Assembly (NCBI GenBank): GCA_016208765.1
Contig: JACQXK010000032.1
Location: 118,385-182,384, forward strand
From: Candidatus Omnitrophota bacterium
GTDB lineage: Bacteria > Omnitrophota > Gorgyraeia > Gygaellales > Profunditerraquicolaceae
DNA length: 64,000 nucleotides
Reading direction: 5' to 3'
Part shown: in pieces, positions 18,253-27,075 of the stretch
Position numbering within the stretch: position 1 is the first letter of the stretch
How the letters are laid out: every line of letters begins with the position of its first letter
The notes under the pieces: model-generated
Seen by the model: only the letters and a program-made list of their open reading frames with translations
Database searches by the model: none
What the model was told of the DNA's origin: nothing
Translations under genes and position numbers: made by a program

Positions 18253-18433
18253 GCAATAAAAGTTTCTCTTCGCACACGAGATAATTTGGCGTCTTCTGCG
18301 GTTTATGACTCGCTTTCGTAACGGCTTACGCAAAAAACTCTATACTCTCGCTCGTCATAAATCCTTGAAGACTATAAATAATAACGCGTTGCCAAAAAAT
18401 CTCTGATTGTGTGCTAACAGAAACTTTTATTGC
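18253..18433. repeat. about 181-bp MITE-like element with about 40-bp imperfect terminal inverted repeats (copy A)
   Basis: The left end GCAATAAAAGTTTCTCTTCGCACACGAGAT pairs with the rev-comp of the right end (GCAATAAAAGTTTCTGTTAGCACACAATCAGAGAT). The internal part has its own 8+ bp inverted repeat (TTTATGAC...GTCATAAA). The rev-comp of the whole element aligns at about 85% identity with 27076..27254. Confidence 0.7.
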
Positions 18434-18459
18434 TTTGTGCTTTGGATTTTATTTTGCGG

Positions 18460-18614
18460 GTGACAAGGCATGTTTCGAGCAGCATGTTAGAAAGCTCTTG
18501 CGGGCATGGTTCGCCTGCTATCACATAGTTGGCGAGAGCAAGAGCTTTCTACCGAGCGAAGATTTTCCACGCTGGGGAAAATCAAGCGGTGCTGCGAGAA
18601 ATATGCCTTGGCAC
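18460..18614. other. GC-rich 155-bp structured element (24-bp inverted-repeat arms enclosing two hairpins); candidate ncRNA or second MITE-like element
   Basis: GTGACAAGGCATGTTTCGAGCAGC (18460..18483) pairs with GCTGCGAGAAATATGCCTTGGCAC (18591..18614). Inside are an 11-bp perfect hairpin (AAAGCTCTTGC...GCAAGAGCTTT, 18491..18548) and an 8-bp hairpin (GATTTTCC...GGAAAATC). GC content is much higher than the flanks. Confidence 0.5.
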
Positions 18615-18656
18615 CTGAATACTTAAAATACAAGACTTGGCTAAATTTATAATTTT

Positions 18657-18947
18657 CTACGCGATTATTTTTAAAACTTCTTTGATAGGCTGGCCCTTAA
18701 AGATCCCCATCTTGCGGGCAGAAGAAGTGCAGGAATGAACACCTGTATTAATGGTTTGTTTAATTGAAGACACGCCTGTAACCTTTATAGCAACATCTTT
18801 AAATTTATCGGCGACTTTTAAATTTAAATATCCGCACATAACATAACCTTTGCTTCCTCTCAATAAAATCAAATTTTTACTAGCAAGCTTTATTAGATAC
18901 GCTTCAATATGTTTATTACCAATTTTTATCTTCTTTTGCTTTATCAC
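18657..18947 (-). CDS. DUF1805 (YunC-like) domain protein
   Basis: 96 aa. A central LILLRGSKGYVMCGYLN block resembles the conserved GYIMCG core of the YunC/DUF1805 family. Confidence 0.5.
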   Translation of the reverse strand: MIKQKKIKIGNKHIEAYLIKLASKNLILLRGSKGYVMCGYLNLKVADKFKDVAIKVTGVSSIKQTINTGVHSCTSSARKMGIFKGQPIKEVLKIIA

Positions 18948-19333
18948 AACGCCCCCTTCTTCTCCAATTTCTTAATCTTATTCCAATTCCTGATAATTTC
19001 GTGGCTGGATTTAACTTTAACCTTGCCAAACACATGCGGGTGACGGCGTTTCAGCTTCTTAATTAATCCATCAATTACATCTTCAATATCAAATTTATTT
19101 TCCTTAGAGGCAATTTGCGCATGAAACATAACCTGCAACAAAATATCCCCCAATTCCTCCTTCATGTGGTTAAGATTTCCACCATTTACAGCAGAGATAA
19201 ATTCTCCACTCTCCTCTTTAAGATACTTCAACAGGCTTTTATGCGTCTGCTTTTTATCCCAGAGGCAACCAACTGGCCCATGCAGAATTTGGAAAATTTC
19301 TCTTAGTTGAATAAATTTTGTTGTTTTAGACAT
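18944..19333 (-). CDS. MazG-type nucleotide pyrophosphohydrolase domain protein
   Basis: 129 aa with EExxE..ELGDxL metal-binding helices (EESGEF...EELGDILLQV) and a RRHPHVF motif. Confidence 0.7.
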   Translation of the reverse strand: MSKTTKFIQLREIFQILHGPVGCLWDKKQTHKSLLKYLKEESGEFISAVNGGNLNHMKEELGDILLQVMFHAQIASKENKFDIEDVIDGLIKKLKRRHPHVFGKVKVKSSHEIIRNWNKIKKLEKKGAL

Positions 19334-19355
19334 ACGTGGATGATTGGAAAGAAAA

Positions 19356-20318
19356 TCAAGCCTTAAAATCTTTAATTATTTCTCCGAGCATTTCTTCAAG
19401 CCCCACTTTAGGAATATAGCCTGTATATTTCTTTATCTTAGACAAATCAGGGATCCTGCGCTGCATATCCTCAAAGCCATCCCCATAGGCATCCTTATAA
19501 GAAATATAATGAATTACAGATTTACTATTGGTAAGTTTCTTGATTTTGTGCGCGAGTTCCTCAACGCTGATCTCTTCATCGTTGCCAATATTAAAAACCT
19601 CGCCAAAACATTTAGAAGTTTCTAATAATTTAATTATCCCATTTACAATATCCCCGACATAGGAAAAGCACCTTCTCTGTTTTCCATCGCCGTAGATTGT
19701 AATCGGCTGGTTTAAAATAGCCTGTTTAATAAAACGCGGCACCACCATCCCGTATTCTCCGGTTTGACGCGGGCCGCAGGTGTTAAAAAATCTCGTAATT
19801 ACAACCGGGATTTTATGCTCTTTAAAATACGCAAATGCCAAAAACTCATCAAGTTTTTTTGTGCAGGCATAGCTCCAGCGGTAAAGCTTGGTGTAGCCGA
19901 TTATGCTATCATCCTCTTCTTTAAAGGGGACCTTATTATTTTTTCCGTAAACCTCAGAAGTTGAAGCAATCAAAACCGGCGTATTAGACCTGCTTGCCTC
20001 TTCAAGAATAATTTCTGTGCCGCGCACATTTGTAGTGATGGATTTTAAAGGATTATCAATAATATATTTAACTCCCACAGCAGCAGCCAAATGATAAACG
20101 CAATCAACATCTTTAATCAGGCGCGACATCAGTTTTTCATTCATGATACTTTCAAGATGAAACTTAAAATGCTCATGATGCTTAAGATGCGCGATATTAT
20201 CAAGCTTTCCGGTGGACAGGTCATCCACAGCTACTACGCTGTTATTTTGCGAAAGCAGCTTATCTGCAAGATGCGACCCAATAAAACCCGCTCCTCCGGT
20301 AATCAATACTTTCTTCAC
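19356..20318 (-). CDS. NAD-dependent sugar-nucleotide epimerase/dehydratase, UDP-glucuronate decarboxylase (UXS/ArnA-C)-like
   Basis: N-terminal ITGGAGFIGSHL Rossmann motif, a YxxxK catalytic pair (SYACTKK) and a GDGKQRRCFSYVGD block resembling the UXS/ArnA decarboxylase subfamily. 320 aa. Confidence 0.7.
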   Translation of the reverse strand: MKKVLITGGAGFIGSHLADKLLSQNNSVVAVDDLSTGKLDNIAHLKHHEHFKFHLESIMNEKLMSRLIKDVDCVYHLAAAVGVKYIIDNPLKSITTNVRGTEIILEEASRSNTPVLIASTSEVYGKNNKVPFKEEDDSIIGYTKLYRWSYACTKKLDEFLAFAYFKEHKIPVVITRFFNTCGPRQTGEYGMVVPRFIKQAILNQPITIYGDGKQRRCFSYVGDIVNGIIKLLETSKCFGEVFNIGNDEEISVEELAHKIKKLTNSKSVIHYISYKDAYGDGFEDMQRRIPDLSKIKKYTGYIPKVGLEEMLGEIIKDFKA

Positions 20319-20320
20319 TT

Positions 20321-21358
20321 TTATTTCCTTTGTTTTGCCATATGATGCTGGCGCATTTTTACTTGATGTAATTTCCAGATACCCCAGATAAAAAATAAAA
20401 TAAAACCGGATGATACCAATATAGCGCTCTTTATTCCGTCTTTAGGTATTGAAATTGCGATACAAACCAGGACAAAATTAATAATATAAATAAACATCAC
20501 TGTTTCCCTCTGGCTCAGGCCCATGTGTGTAAGTCTATGCGATAAATGATCTGTATCCGCGTGTTCAAGCCACTGCCTGAACGTGCGTACCTTTCCTTCA
20601 GCTATCCTTAAAACAGTGATCATGGATGTATCAAAAATCATCACCCCGAGCATTAAGACAGGGATTGTTACGGCGATTAACTTACTTTCCGACCAAGAAG
20701 CCATTATTGCCATAGATGAAATAACAAATCCAAGAAACGTACTTCCGGAATCTCCCATAAATACTTTAGCAGGATTAAAATTATAGCGTAAAAATCCCAA
20801 AGTACTACCTAATAAACTAATGCTCAGAAAAACCAGCCACCTCTGGCCGGTTTTATAAGCAATTGCAGCTATACCGAAACAACAGATTGCCGCAATTCCC
20901 CCGGCAAGACCGTCCATATTGTCTAAGAAATTCAAAGCATTAGTAATACCGACGATACCGGCAACAGTAAAGAATACATTAGCAGCATCCCAAGGAAAAA
21001 CTTTAATTACTACGCCATGCGCTACCACCACAATACATGCCACCAACTGAAAAAAAAGCCTTAACGACGCGCGTAAATGCCGCATATCATCAATCACGCC
21101 AATAAACATAATAATGCTTGCGCCTATCAATATCCCGCGCAGCTGAGTATTATAATCAAAACTGGAAAGCGTTCCGATGACAAACGCCATATACATTGCC
21201 ATGCCTCCTAATTTAGGCATTGGCTGTTTATGAATTTTGCGGCTCTTAGGATGGTCCAAAATATCAAATTTAAAAGCAAGCCTCATACATAAAGGCACCA
21301 GAAACAATGAAGCGATTAAGGAAATAATTGCTACTCTTATATATTGGCTGACAATCAT
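20321..21358 (-). CDS. polyprenyl-phosphate HexNAc-1-phosphate transferase (WecA/MraY family), initiating transferase
   Basis: About 10 TM segments and an ITNALNFLDNMDGLAGG motif (NxxNxxDGxDGL of the MraY/WecA family). 345 aa. Confidence 0.8.
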   Translation of the reverse strand: MIVSQYIRVAIISLIASLFLVPLCMRLAFKFDILDHPKSRKIHKQPMPKLGGMAMYMAFVIGTLSSFDYNTQLRGILIGASIIMFIGVIDDMRHLRASLRLFFQLVACIVVVAHGVVIKVFPWDAANVFFTVAGIVGITNALNFLDNMDGLAGGIAAICCFGIAAIAYKTGQRWLVFLSISLLGSTLGFLRYNFNPAKVFMGDSGSTFLGFVISSMAIMASWSESKLIAVTIPVLMLGVMIFDTSMITVLRIAEGKVRTFRQWLEHADTDHLSHRLTHMGLSQRETVMFIYIINFVLVCIAISIPKDGIKSAILVSSGFILFFIWGIWKLHQVKMRQHHMAKQRK

Positions 21359-21361
21359 CGG

Positions 21362-22411
21362 TTAATCTACTATCGCCTTAAGCGTTTTAGTAATAATATG
21401 CCTGGCCTTTTGGCTACTTAACTCTGGATATATGGGCAAAGAAATGGTGTTTTTAAAAACTTCATTGGTAGAAGGGAAATCACTGCTTTTAAATCTTAGA
21501 TATTGATGCAAGGGCCTAAAAACCGGCTTCTTTGCTTCAATGCCTGACTTTTGCAATTTTTCAACTAAAACATCAGCGCTATTCTTGCTTCTTATAACAT
21601 AACGAAAATAAACATGCTCTTTATTCTGGACAGGTAAAGGTAAAATCAACCCAGAATCAGCGAAAGATTTATTATACATCTTGGCAATCCTTTGTCTACG
21701 GGAAATAAACTCAGGGATTTTCTTTAACTGCTCTAAGCCCATTGCCGCAGCCAGATCATTCATTTTGTAATTAAAACGCAGGTGATAATCAGGCTTATTA
21801 TCATAATCTTTTAAATCTCTGACAAAATCAGAAACCTTTTTGTCGTTGGTAAGGATCATCCCGCCTTCTGCAGTCGTAAGCATTTTTGTAGCATAGAAAG
21901 AAAATACAGAGATCACGCCAAAACTTCCTATATTTTGCCCCTTATAAGTTGCTCCCACTGCCATGGCACAATCCTCAATAACCGGTACGCCAAGCTTTAG
22001 CAATTCTCTTAAATCTGCAGCCAGTCCGAACATATGCGGCACGATTATCGCCTTAGTTTTATTAGTAAGCGCTTCTTTTACTGCAAAACGGCAAATATTA
22101 AAAGACTCCGGGTCAATATCCACAATCTTTACTGTTGCACCGGTATAATTAACGGCATTTAAAACCGCAGTACAAACATAACTGGGGATGATTACTTCAT
22201 CTCCTTTTCTTATTTTTAATGCCAATAAAGCAAGGTGCAAACCTGATGTGCCTGAATTAACCGCTGTTGCAAAACGCATACCGATAAAATCAGCTAACCC
22301 CTGTTCAAACTTACCAGTTAACTTACCCTCGGCAATAAAACCGCTTTTTAAAACAGAATTCAGGAATTTTATTTCCCTAAAATTAATGGATGGTTTTGAG
22401 TGTGGGATCAT
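21362..22411 (-). CDS. DegT/DnrJ/EryC1/StrS-family PLP-dependent sugar aminotransferase (ArnB-like)
   Basis: 349 aa with typical N-terminal blocks (VNSGTSGLHLAL..., ...DIDPE...) and a Lys-containing SFYATK region. Confidence 0.8.
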   Translation of the reverse strand: MIPHSKPSINFREIKFLNSVLKSGFIAEGKLTGKFEQGLADFIGMRFATAVNSGTSGLHLALLALKIRKGDEVIIPSYVCTAVLNAVNYTGATVKIVDIDPESFNICRFAVKEALTNKTKAIIVPHMFGLAADLRELLKLGVPVIEDCAMAVGATYKGQNIGSFGVISVFSFYATKMLTTAEGGMILTNDKKVSDFVRDLKDYDNKPDYHLRFNYKMNDLAAAMGLEQLKKIPEFISRRQRIAKMYNKSFADSGLILPLPVQNKEHVYFRYVIRSKNSADVLVEKLQKSGIEAKKPVFRPLHQYLRFKSSDFPSTNEVFKNTISLPIYPELSSQKARHIITKTLKAIVD

Positions 22412-23093
22412 TCTTTAAAATAATTTCTAAGGATTTCGGCCCATAATTAAACAATAAATCAGCAATTGCCAAATCCGGAACAAAACCCGCTTTCATATAT
22501 TGCTGTTTGTATTCAGGGCAATGCCAATCTTGCAAAGAAACTTTTATACCTGCATCATTAAATACTTTTTCATCAAGATAAACTTCCAAAGCATACGCAC
22601 CGGACAGATATGTATCAGCGCCTAATTCTTTGCAAATATTCACCAAACGAAGCGATTCTATTCCGGGAACGCTTAATTCAGAAGACTTGACTATCTTTTG
22701 CTTAAGGCCCAGGCATTCAAGATAGAAAAAAAACATTTCATAATTAATATCATTTAAATTCTCCCAGTCTTTTTGATAAATATTCTCAAAAAAACTCTTA
22801 TATTCCTTAAAATAGGGAGCCTTGCTGTAATTAAAGCACAAAGAATTCCAGTGCTTTTTGCGCCAATTTTGTGAATTATCAATTTTAACTTCGTTAATAT
22901 TCTGCTGAAACTTATTATAAACCGGGACAGTTAAATATGACCAACCCTGGGCAGTTTTAATTTTATTGCGATTCTGCCAGCCGTTTTTATTAAACTGAAT
23001 ATCATCCATGACTACAAATATATCTGAATGATAAATTTTATGAAAATAACGCAACCAGGGAAAGTAATGCAGCTGGTGAGCAGAAAGAATCAT
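22383..23093 (-). CDS. WbqC-like family protein
   Basis: 236 aa. The N-terminal MILSAHQLHYFPWLRYFHKI matches the conserved (Q/H)P.YFPW..YF start of the WbqC family (PF08889) found in O-antigen clusters. Confidence 0.55.
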   Translation of the reverse strand: MILSAHQLHYFPWLRYFHKIYHSDIFVVMDDIQFNKNGWQNRNKIKTAQGWSYLTVPVYNKFQQNINEVKIDNSQNWRKKHWNSLCFNYSKAPYFKEYKSFFENIYQKDWENLNDINYEMFFFYLECLGLKQKIVKSSELSVPGIESLRLVNICKELGADTYLSGAYALEVYLDEKVFNDAGIKVSLQDWHCPEYKQQYMKAGFVPDLAIADLLFNYGPKSLEIILKNDPTLKTIH

Positions 23094-23096
23094 TTC

Positions 23097-23816
23097 TTAA
23101 ACTACAAACCTGTGGCACATAAATGCCTCTGCAGCCTCTACTGAAATTTCACGGCCGCGCACCTTGGCAAGGTTCTCAATATTCTCAAGGCTGGCATGAT
23201 GAATTGAAGGCTTCATCTGTGACTTATGAAATGACACAGCTTTTAATTTTTTATCAAGATATTTAGAAATATCCACATAAAAAGTAGGATGAAATTTCTC
23301 ACGCTCAAGGCTCCAGGAGATTGCCGGATTATCACAGGATAAAACAATTTTCTGAAATGGCTTAACATCCGGTAAATGCGGCCTGCAAGCGGTAAAGCCG
23401 GCACGAAATACAGCTTCATGATCCTGGTTATATGAGGCTGCCGGTAAAATCATCATTGTCGGCTTAATCCGGTCAATAGACAGCTTGCATTCTCTTTCAA
23501 AACAATTTACCAGGTCCTTGCGCGGGATGGCATCTAAACGTAAATGCACTTTTGTATCATTAAAAACAACTTCATAGTCATCAACTTTTAAATATTTCAT
23601 TGCCCCTTCAAATTCTTCATTACGGGTATTTCCATTAACAACCATATCATTGCTTTTTGGCCCGTAATGCACAACCTCTCCCACAGAAACTACAATCACA
23701 TAAACTTCAGCCCCAAGGTCTTTCATCTTGGCAATTGTCCCGCCGCAACCAAAGACCTCGTCATCAGCATGCGGAGCCAAAACCAAACATTTTTGTTTCT
23801 TTAAGAATGCATCCAT
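23097..23816 (-). CDS. PIG-L/LmbE-family N-deacetylase
   Basis: LVLAPHADDEVFGCGGT (HxDDE...GCGG zinc-site signature) and an HxDH region (NQDHEAV). 239 aa. GGAGGA RBS 5 nt upstream. Confidence 0.8.
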   Translation of the reverse strand: MDAFLKKQKCLVLAPHADDEVFGCGGTIAKMKDLGAEVYVIVVSVGEVVHYGPKSNDMVVNGNTRNEEFEGAMKYLKVDDYEVVFNDTKVHLRLDAIPRKDLVNCFERECKLSIDRIKPTMMILPAASYNQDHEAVFRAGFTACRPHLPDVKPFQKIVLSCDNPAISWSLEREKFHPTFYVDISKYLDKKLKAVSFHKSQMKPSIHHASLENIENLAKVRGREISVEAAEAFMCHRFVV

Positions 23817-23850
23817 ATTATTAATCCTCCACTGTAATTAATTGTCGGCT

Positions 23851-23932
23851 GACGTCATTGCGAGCCCGAAGGGCGAAGCAATCTCTGTTTTAGGATTGCT
23901 TCGTCGCGCTTCGCGCTCCTCGCAATGACGAT
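23851..23932. repeat. 82-bp composite palindromic (REP-like) element overlapping the 3' end of the 668-aa CDS
   Basis: GTCATTGCGAG-(X)-GAAGCAATC / loop TCTGTTTTAG / GATTGCTTC-(X')-CTCGCAATGAC. The X and X' bulges each form a small GC hairpin with GAA/TTC loops (GCCC-gaa-GGGC and GCGC-ttc-GCGC). The stop codon of the upstream gene (23892..23890) lies in the central loop. Confidence 0.6.
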
Positions 23933-25896
23933 TTCTTAATTTTCAATAATTCACAATACAAATTATCTATTCTATTCACCATTTCTTTAGCGCTGAAATT
24001 CTCATTCATTATTTTCCTGGCGTTTTCTCCGAATAACTTTGCCTTATCTGGATAAGACAGTAACTGAATAATTCCCTTTGCTAATTCACTACTACTTGCA
24101 GGTTCAACTAAGACACCACTCTCGCCATCTTTCACTAATTCCGGAATACCGCTTACCTTTGTGGCAACGCTTGGCTTTCCCATAACCCCTGCTTCAACAA
24201 GCACCCTGCCCATACCTTCGTTAAGGGAACAAAGCACAAAAATGTCCATTATTGAAATCATGCGCGCCACATCCTGCCTGATACCGGAAAAAATTACTTT
24301 TTGCGATATTCCCAGCTCTTCAACCCTGTTTTGCAGAAATTTACGCTGACTGCCGTCGCCAACCAAGAGAAAATGTGAATTTGGAAATTTCTCCAAGACT
24401 TGCGGCATGGCCTCTACAAAGAAACTTATTCCTTTAATCGGCTCAATTCTGGCAACTGTACCAATAACTTTTCTATCTAAAGGAATCCCTAATTCACCCT
24501 TCGTCTTTTTATTATCAAAAGAACCATTAAAATCCTCTACCTTGACCCCGCTTGGGATAGTGATAAATTTATCCGCTGTGGCAATCTTAAGTTTTAGATG
24601 TTCATTCTTGCAATTATCCGTCAGGGTAATTATCTTATCACAAAAACAGGAGAAAATCATCTCTAAAAACCTGTATAGCATGCTTTCAAAACGGCCAAAA
24701 TAACTATGAAAAACATGCCCATGCGGCGTGTGCACCACTACCTGCACTCCTGCAAGCTTAGCCGCAAGCCTACCCACAATCCCAGCCTTTGAGGTATGAG
24801 TATGCACAATATCAAAACGATATCTTTTGATTAGAAAATATAATTTAACCAAACTAATCAAATCTTTTACAGGATTAACTTGGCGAACTAACTCTGGAAT
24901 TACCGCTAAATCAATATTTTGCCTACGCACAACTGATTCAATCTCGCCTTCTGGCCCTGATGTTGGGCCGCTTGCCAACATCACCTGATAACCTTTTTCT
25001 CTTAAACCCAAAACTGTTAAAAGAGTATTCTCCTGCGCACCGCCCTTGATTAAACGAGTAATAATATGCAGCACCCTTATTGGACGATTACTATCTTTGA
25101 GTCTTTCCTTAATCATCTTGGACAATAACTTTCTCTGTATCTTAGTTGGCCAGCTAAATTTAGTAGCCAGGCCTAAATCTTGCTTAACCGGCATTGCCCG
25201 GTTATTTTCAATCTGAGTAACTACTTCCACCACCATCTTGCTGCCCAAGGCTAAACCCCGCAGATAAAGCGTTTTTTCATTATCAAAAGGCCAAATTGTA
25301 ATTTTCTTTTGAATCAGGATATCTCCCCTATCTAACTCTTCATTTACAAAATGCACAGTTACGCCGGTTTCATTTTCTTTATTAAATAATGCCCAAAAGT
25401 TAGAATCTAATCCTGCATATTTAGGTAAAAGCGATCCGTGCAGGTTAAGGCAACCGGATTTTGGGATTTGGAAAATATTTTTCTTAATTAAACGCGTATT
25501 GGTGAGAACAACTAAATCCGGATTAAACTTGCGAATTATATTCTCGCTATCCACGCCATTATGATCCTTAACCAAGAAAAATGGAATTTTATAATCTAAT
25601 ACCAGCTCCTCTATTGAAAGATAATGTTTGCTGCGAAAAATATTGCTTCCAAATATTTTTCGTAAAATATAATGCAATTTAATATTAATAAATTCAAGTA
25701 GCCTGTCCTTTGTAAACGAAAAACCATGTTTCTTAAAAGAATCCGACAGTAAAGAAAGGTTGCTGCCATTCTTCTTTAATAACTGTCCCCGCTCCTCGGC
25801 AACAATAGCCACTAAATTTTTCCCAGCATCAAGCAAGCATTTAGCAATTAATGCGCCTGACGGCCTACCAGTCCTGGTTAAAAATACTATTCTCAT
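23890..25896 (-). CDS. bifunctional formyltransferase-domain / GT4 glycosyltransferase fusion protein
   Basis: The N-terminal roughly 250 aa has a formyl-transferase fold (Fmt/ArnA-N/PurN type) with SGCLNLHGSLLPKYAG (HxSLLPxxxG catalytic motif). The C-terminal roughly 380 aa is a GT-B/GT4 domain (GMGRVLVEAGVMGKPSVATKVSGIPELV, EX7E region). The last 11 codons are encoded by the palindromic element. Confidence 0.75.
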   Translation of the reverse strand: MRIVFLTRTGRPSGALIAKCLLDAGKNLVAIVAEERGQLLKKNGSNLSLLSDSFKKHGFSFTKDRLLEFINIKLHYILRKIFGSNIFRSKHYLSIEELVLDYKIPFFLVKDHNGVDSENIIRKFNPDLVVLTNTRLIKKNIFQIPKSGCLNLHGSLLPKYAGLDSNFWALFNKENETGVTVHFVNEELDRGDILIQKKITIWPFDNEKTLYLRGLALGSKMVVEVVTQIENNRAMPVKQDLGLATKFSWPTKIQRKLLSKMIKERLKDSNRPIRVLHIITRLIKGGAQENTLLTVLGLREKGYQVMLASGPTSGPEGEIESVVRRQNIDLAVIPELVRQVNPVKDLISLVKLYFLIKRYRFDIVHTHTSKAGIVGRLAAKLAGVQVVVHTPHGHVFHSYFGRFESMLYRFLEMIFSCFCDKIITLTDNCKNEHLKLKIATADKFITIPSGVKVEDFNGSFDNKKTKGELGIPLDRKVIGTVARIEPIKGISFFVEAMPQVLEKFPNSHFLLVGDGSQRKFLQNRVEELGISQKVIFSGIRQDVARMISIMDIFVLCSLNEGMGRVLVEAGVMGKPSVATKVSGIPELVKDGESGVLVEPASSSELAKGIIQLLSYPDKAKLFGENARKIMNENFSAKEMVNRIDNLYCELLKIKKSSLRGARSATKQS

Positions 25897-27062
25897 CTAA
25901 CTCTTTCGTCATTGCGAACCTTATTTAGCTTTTCTCTAAATATCTCAACCGCCCTCTGCCAATTCAATTCTTCAACTACCCTTTTTCTTCCGTTCTCGCC
26001 TAATCTCTTAGCAAGCTCTCTATCCAAAAGCAGTTTTAAAATTGCTTGGGTAACATCGTCTTTGCTAAAAGGGTCCACCAATAAACCGGTTTTACCATCT
26101 TCTATCGCTTCATTTACTCCTCCGGATTTACCACCGACAACCGGCTTTTCACAGGCATTTGCCTCCAAATAAACAATTCCAAAACCCTCAATATCTCCTC
26201 TCTCTTCTAGAGTGCGGCTGGGCATAACAAAAATATCACAAAGATTATAGAATTTAAGCAACTCTTCATCCGGCACTCTTCCGGCAAAACGAAGATATCT
26301 TTCTACGCCCAACACATTAGTAAGGTTCTCTAAATTCTGACGAAACGATCCTCCACCAACCAAAACATAGACAACATCAGGATGAGCTTTAATTATTTCA
26401 GGCATAGAGCGAATAACCATATCAAAACCTTTTCTTTCCACCAGTCTGCCCACAGAAAGAATTACTTTTTTACCTAAAAGATTATACTTAGACCTAAAAT
26501 CATCTGTTACTTTTAAAGGATAATATTTTTGATGGTCGGTTCCCGGTTTAATTAAGATGATCTTTTCTTTAATAACGCCGAATTTTATCAGGCGCTCTTT
26601 TACAAACTCTGTGATTGCTGCCACAAACAGAGCATTATTGTAGATTTTTAAATATAATTTGTGCATAAACTTATTTCTCTCAAATTTACCAAATTCATAT
26701 CCATAAGCCCACATAGCATACTTAAAACCTAATATTTTAGAAAATAAATACGCGATAACTCCGCCATAAGCAATATTCATTGGGATTACAATCTTAATCC
26801 GGTATCTTAAAATTACCCACGGCATTACAAAAAGAATAGGGATAAGCCTCAAATAACCTAATTCATACCAGGGAGTGCGAATTACTTTAAATTTCTGCAA
26901 GCTATCATACTCCTTAGCACCTTTTGCCTGGGGGCCGATAACAATAATTTGCTCTCCGGCACCAGACAAGCGCGAAGCTAATTCATGCGCCACTGTGCTA
27001 ACGCCATCAGTGTGCGGGGGAAAATCTACCGAAACAATAAGAATCTTGGTTTTTATTTGCAT
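25893..27062 (-). CDS. GT4-family glycosyltransferase
   Basis: C-terminal EGFGIVYLEANACEKPVVGGKSGGVNEAIEDGKTGLLVDP (EX7E GT4 motif). 389 aa. Confidence 0.8.
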   Translation of the reverse strand: MQIKTKILIVSVDFPPHTDGVSTVAHELASRLSGAGEQIIVIGPQAKGAKEYDSLQKFKVIRTPWYELGYLRLIPILFVMPWVILRYRIKIVIPMNIAYGGVIAYLFSKILGFKYAMWAYGYEFGKFERNKFMHKLYLKIYNNALFVAAITEFVKERLIKFGVIKEKIILIKPGTDHQKYYPLKVTDDFRSKYNLLGKKVILSVGRLVERKGFDMVIRSMPEIIKAHPDVVYVLVGGGSFRQNLENLTNVLGVERYLRFAGRVPDEELLKFYNLCDIFVMPSRTLEERGDIEGFGIVYLEANACEKPVVGGKSGGVNEAIEDGKTGLLVDPFSKDDVTQAILKLLLDRELAKRLGENGRKRVVEELNWQRAVEIFREKLNKVRNDERVR

Positions 27063-27075
27063 AATATACTATTTG

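Noticed and set aside
18253-18433. Interpretation of the two TIR-element copies as a single invertible promoter (inverton / phase-variation switch)
   Set aside because: The flanking inverted repeats carry copy-specific substitutions that invert together with the interior. The two loci are whole-element reverse complements (two insertions), not one segment flipped between fixed recombination sites. No recombinase gene is adjacent. Read-level data could still overturn this.
18411-18626. 71-aa plus-strand ORF (MLTETFIALCFGF...) in the 18.1-18.7 kb intergenic region
   Set aside because: Coincides with the GC-rich inverted-repeat element (18460..18614). Its reading frame is explained by the structure, it has no upstream RBS, and it begins inside the TIR element.
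23851-23932. Cloverleaf-like fold considered as a tRNA or tmRNA-like gene
   Set aside because: The outer stem is 11-12 bp rather than 7 bp. There is no T-loop or anticodon-loop consensus. It overlaps the last 11 codons of an intact CDS. It is better explained as a REP-like palindromic repeat.
25905-25921. Second occurrence of CGTCATTGCGA(A/G)CC at the 25.9 kb gene junction
   Set aside because: Only one arm is present and there is no partner inverted repeat. It is noted as a possible degenerate remnant but is too short to call a feature.
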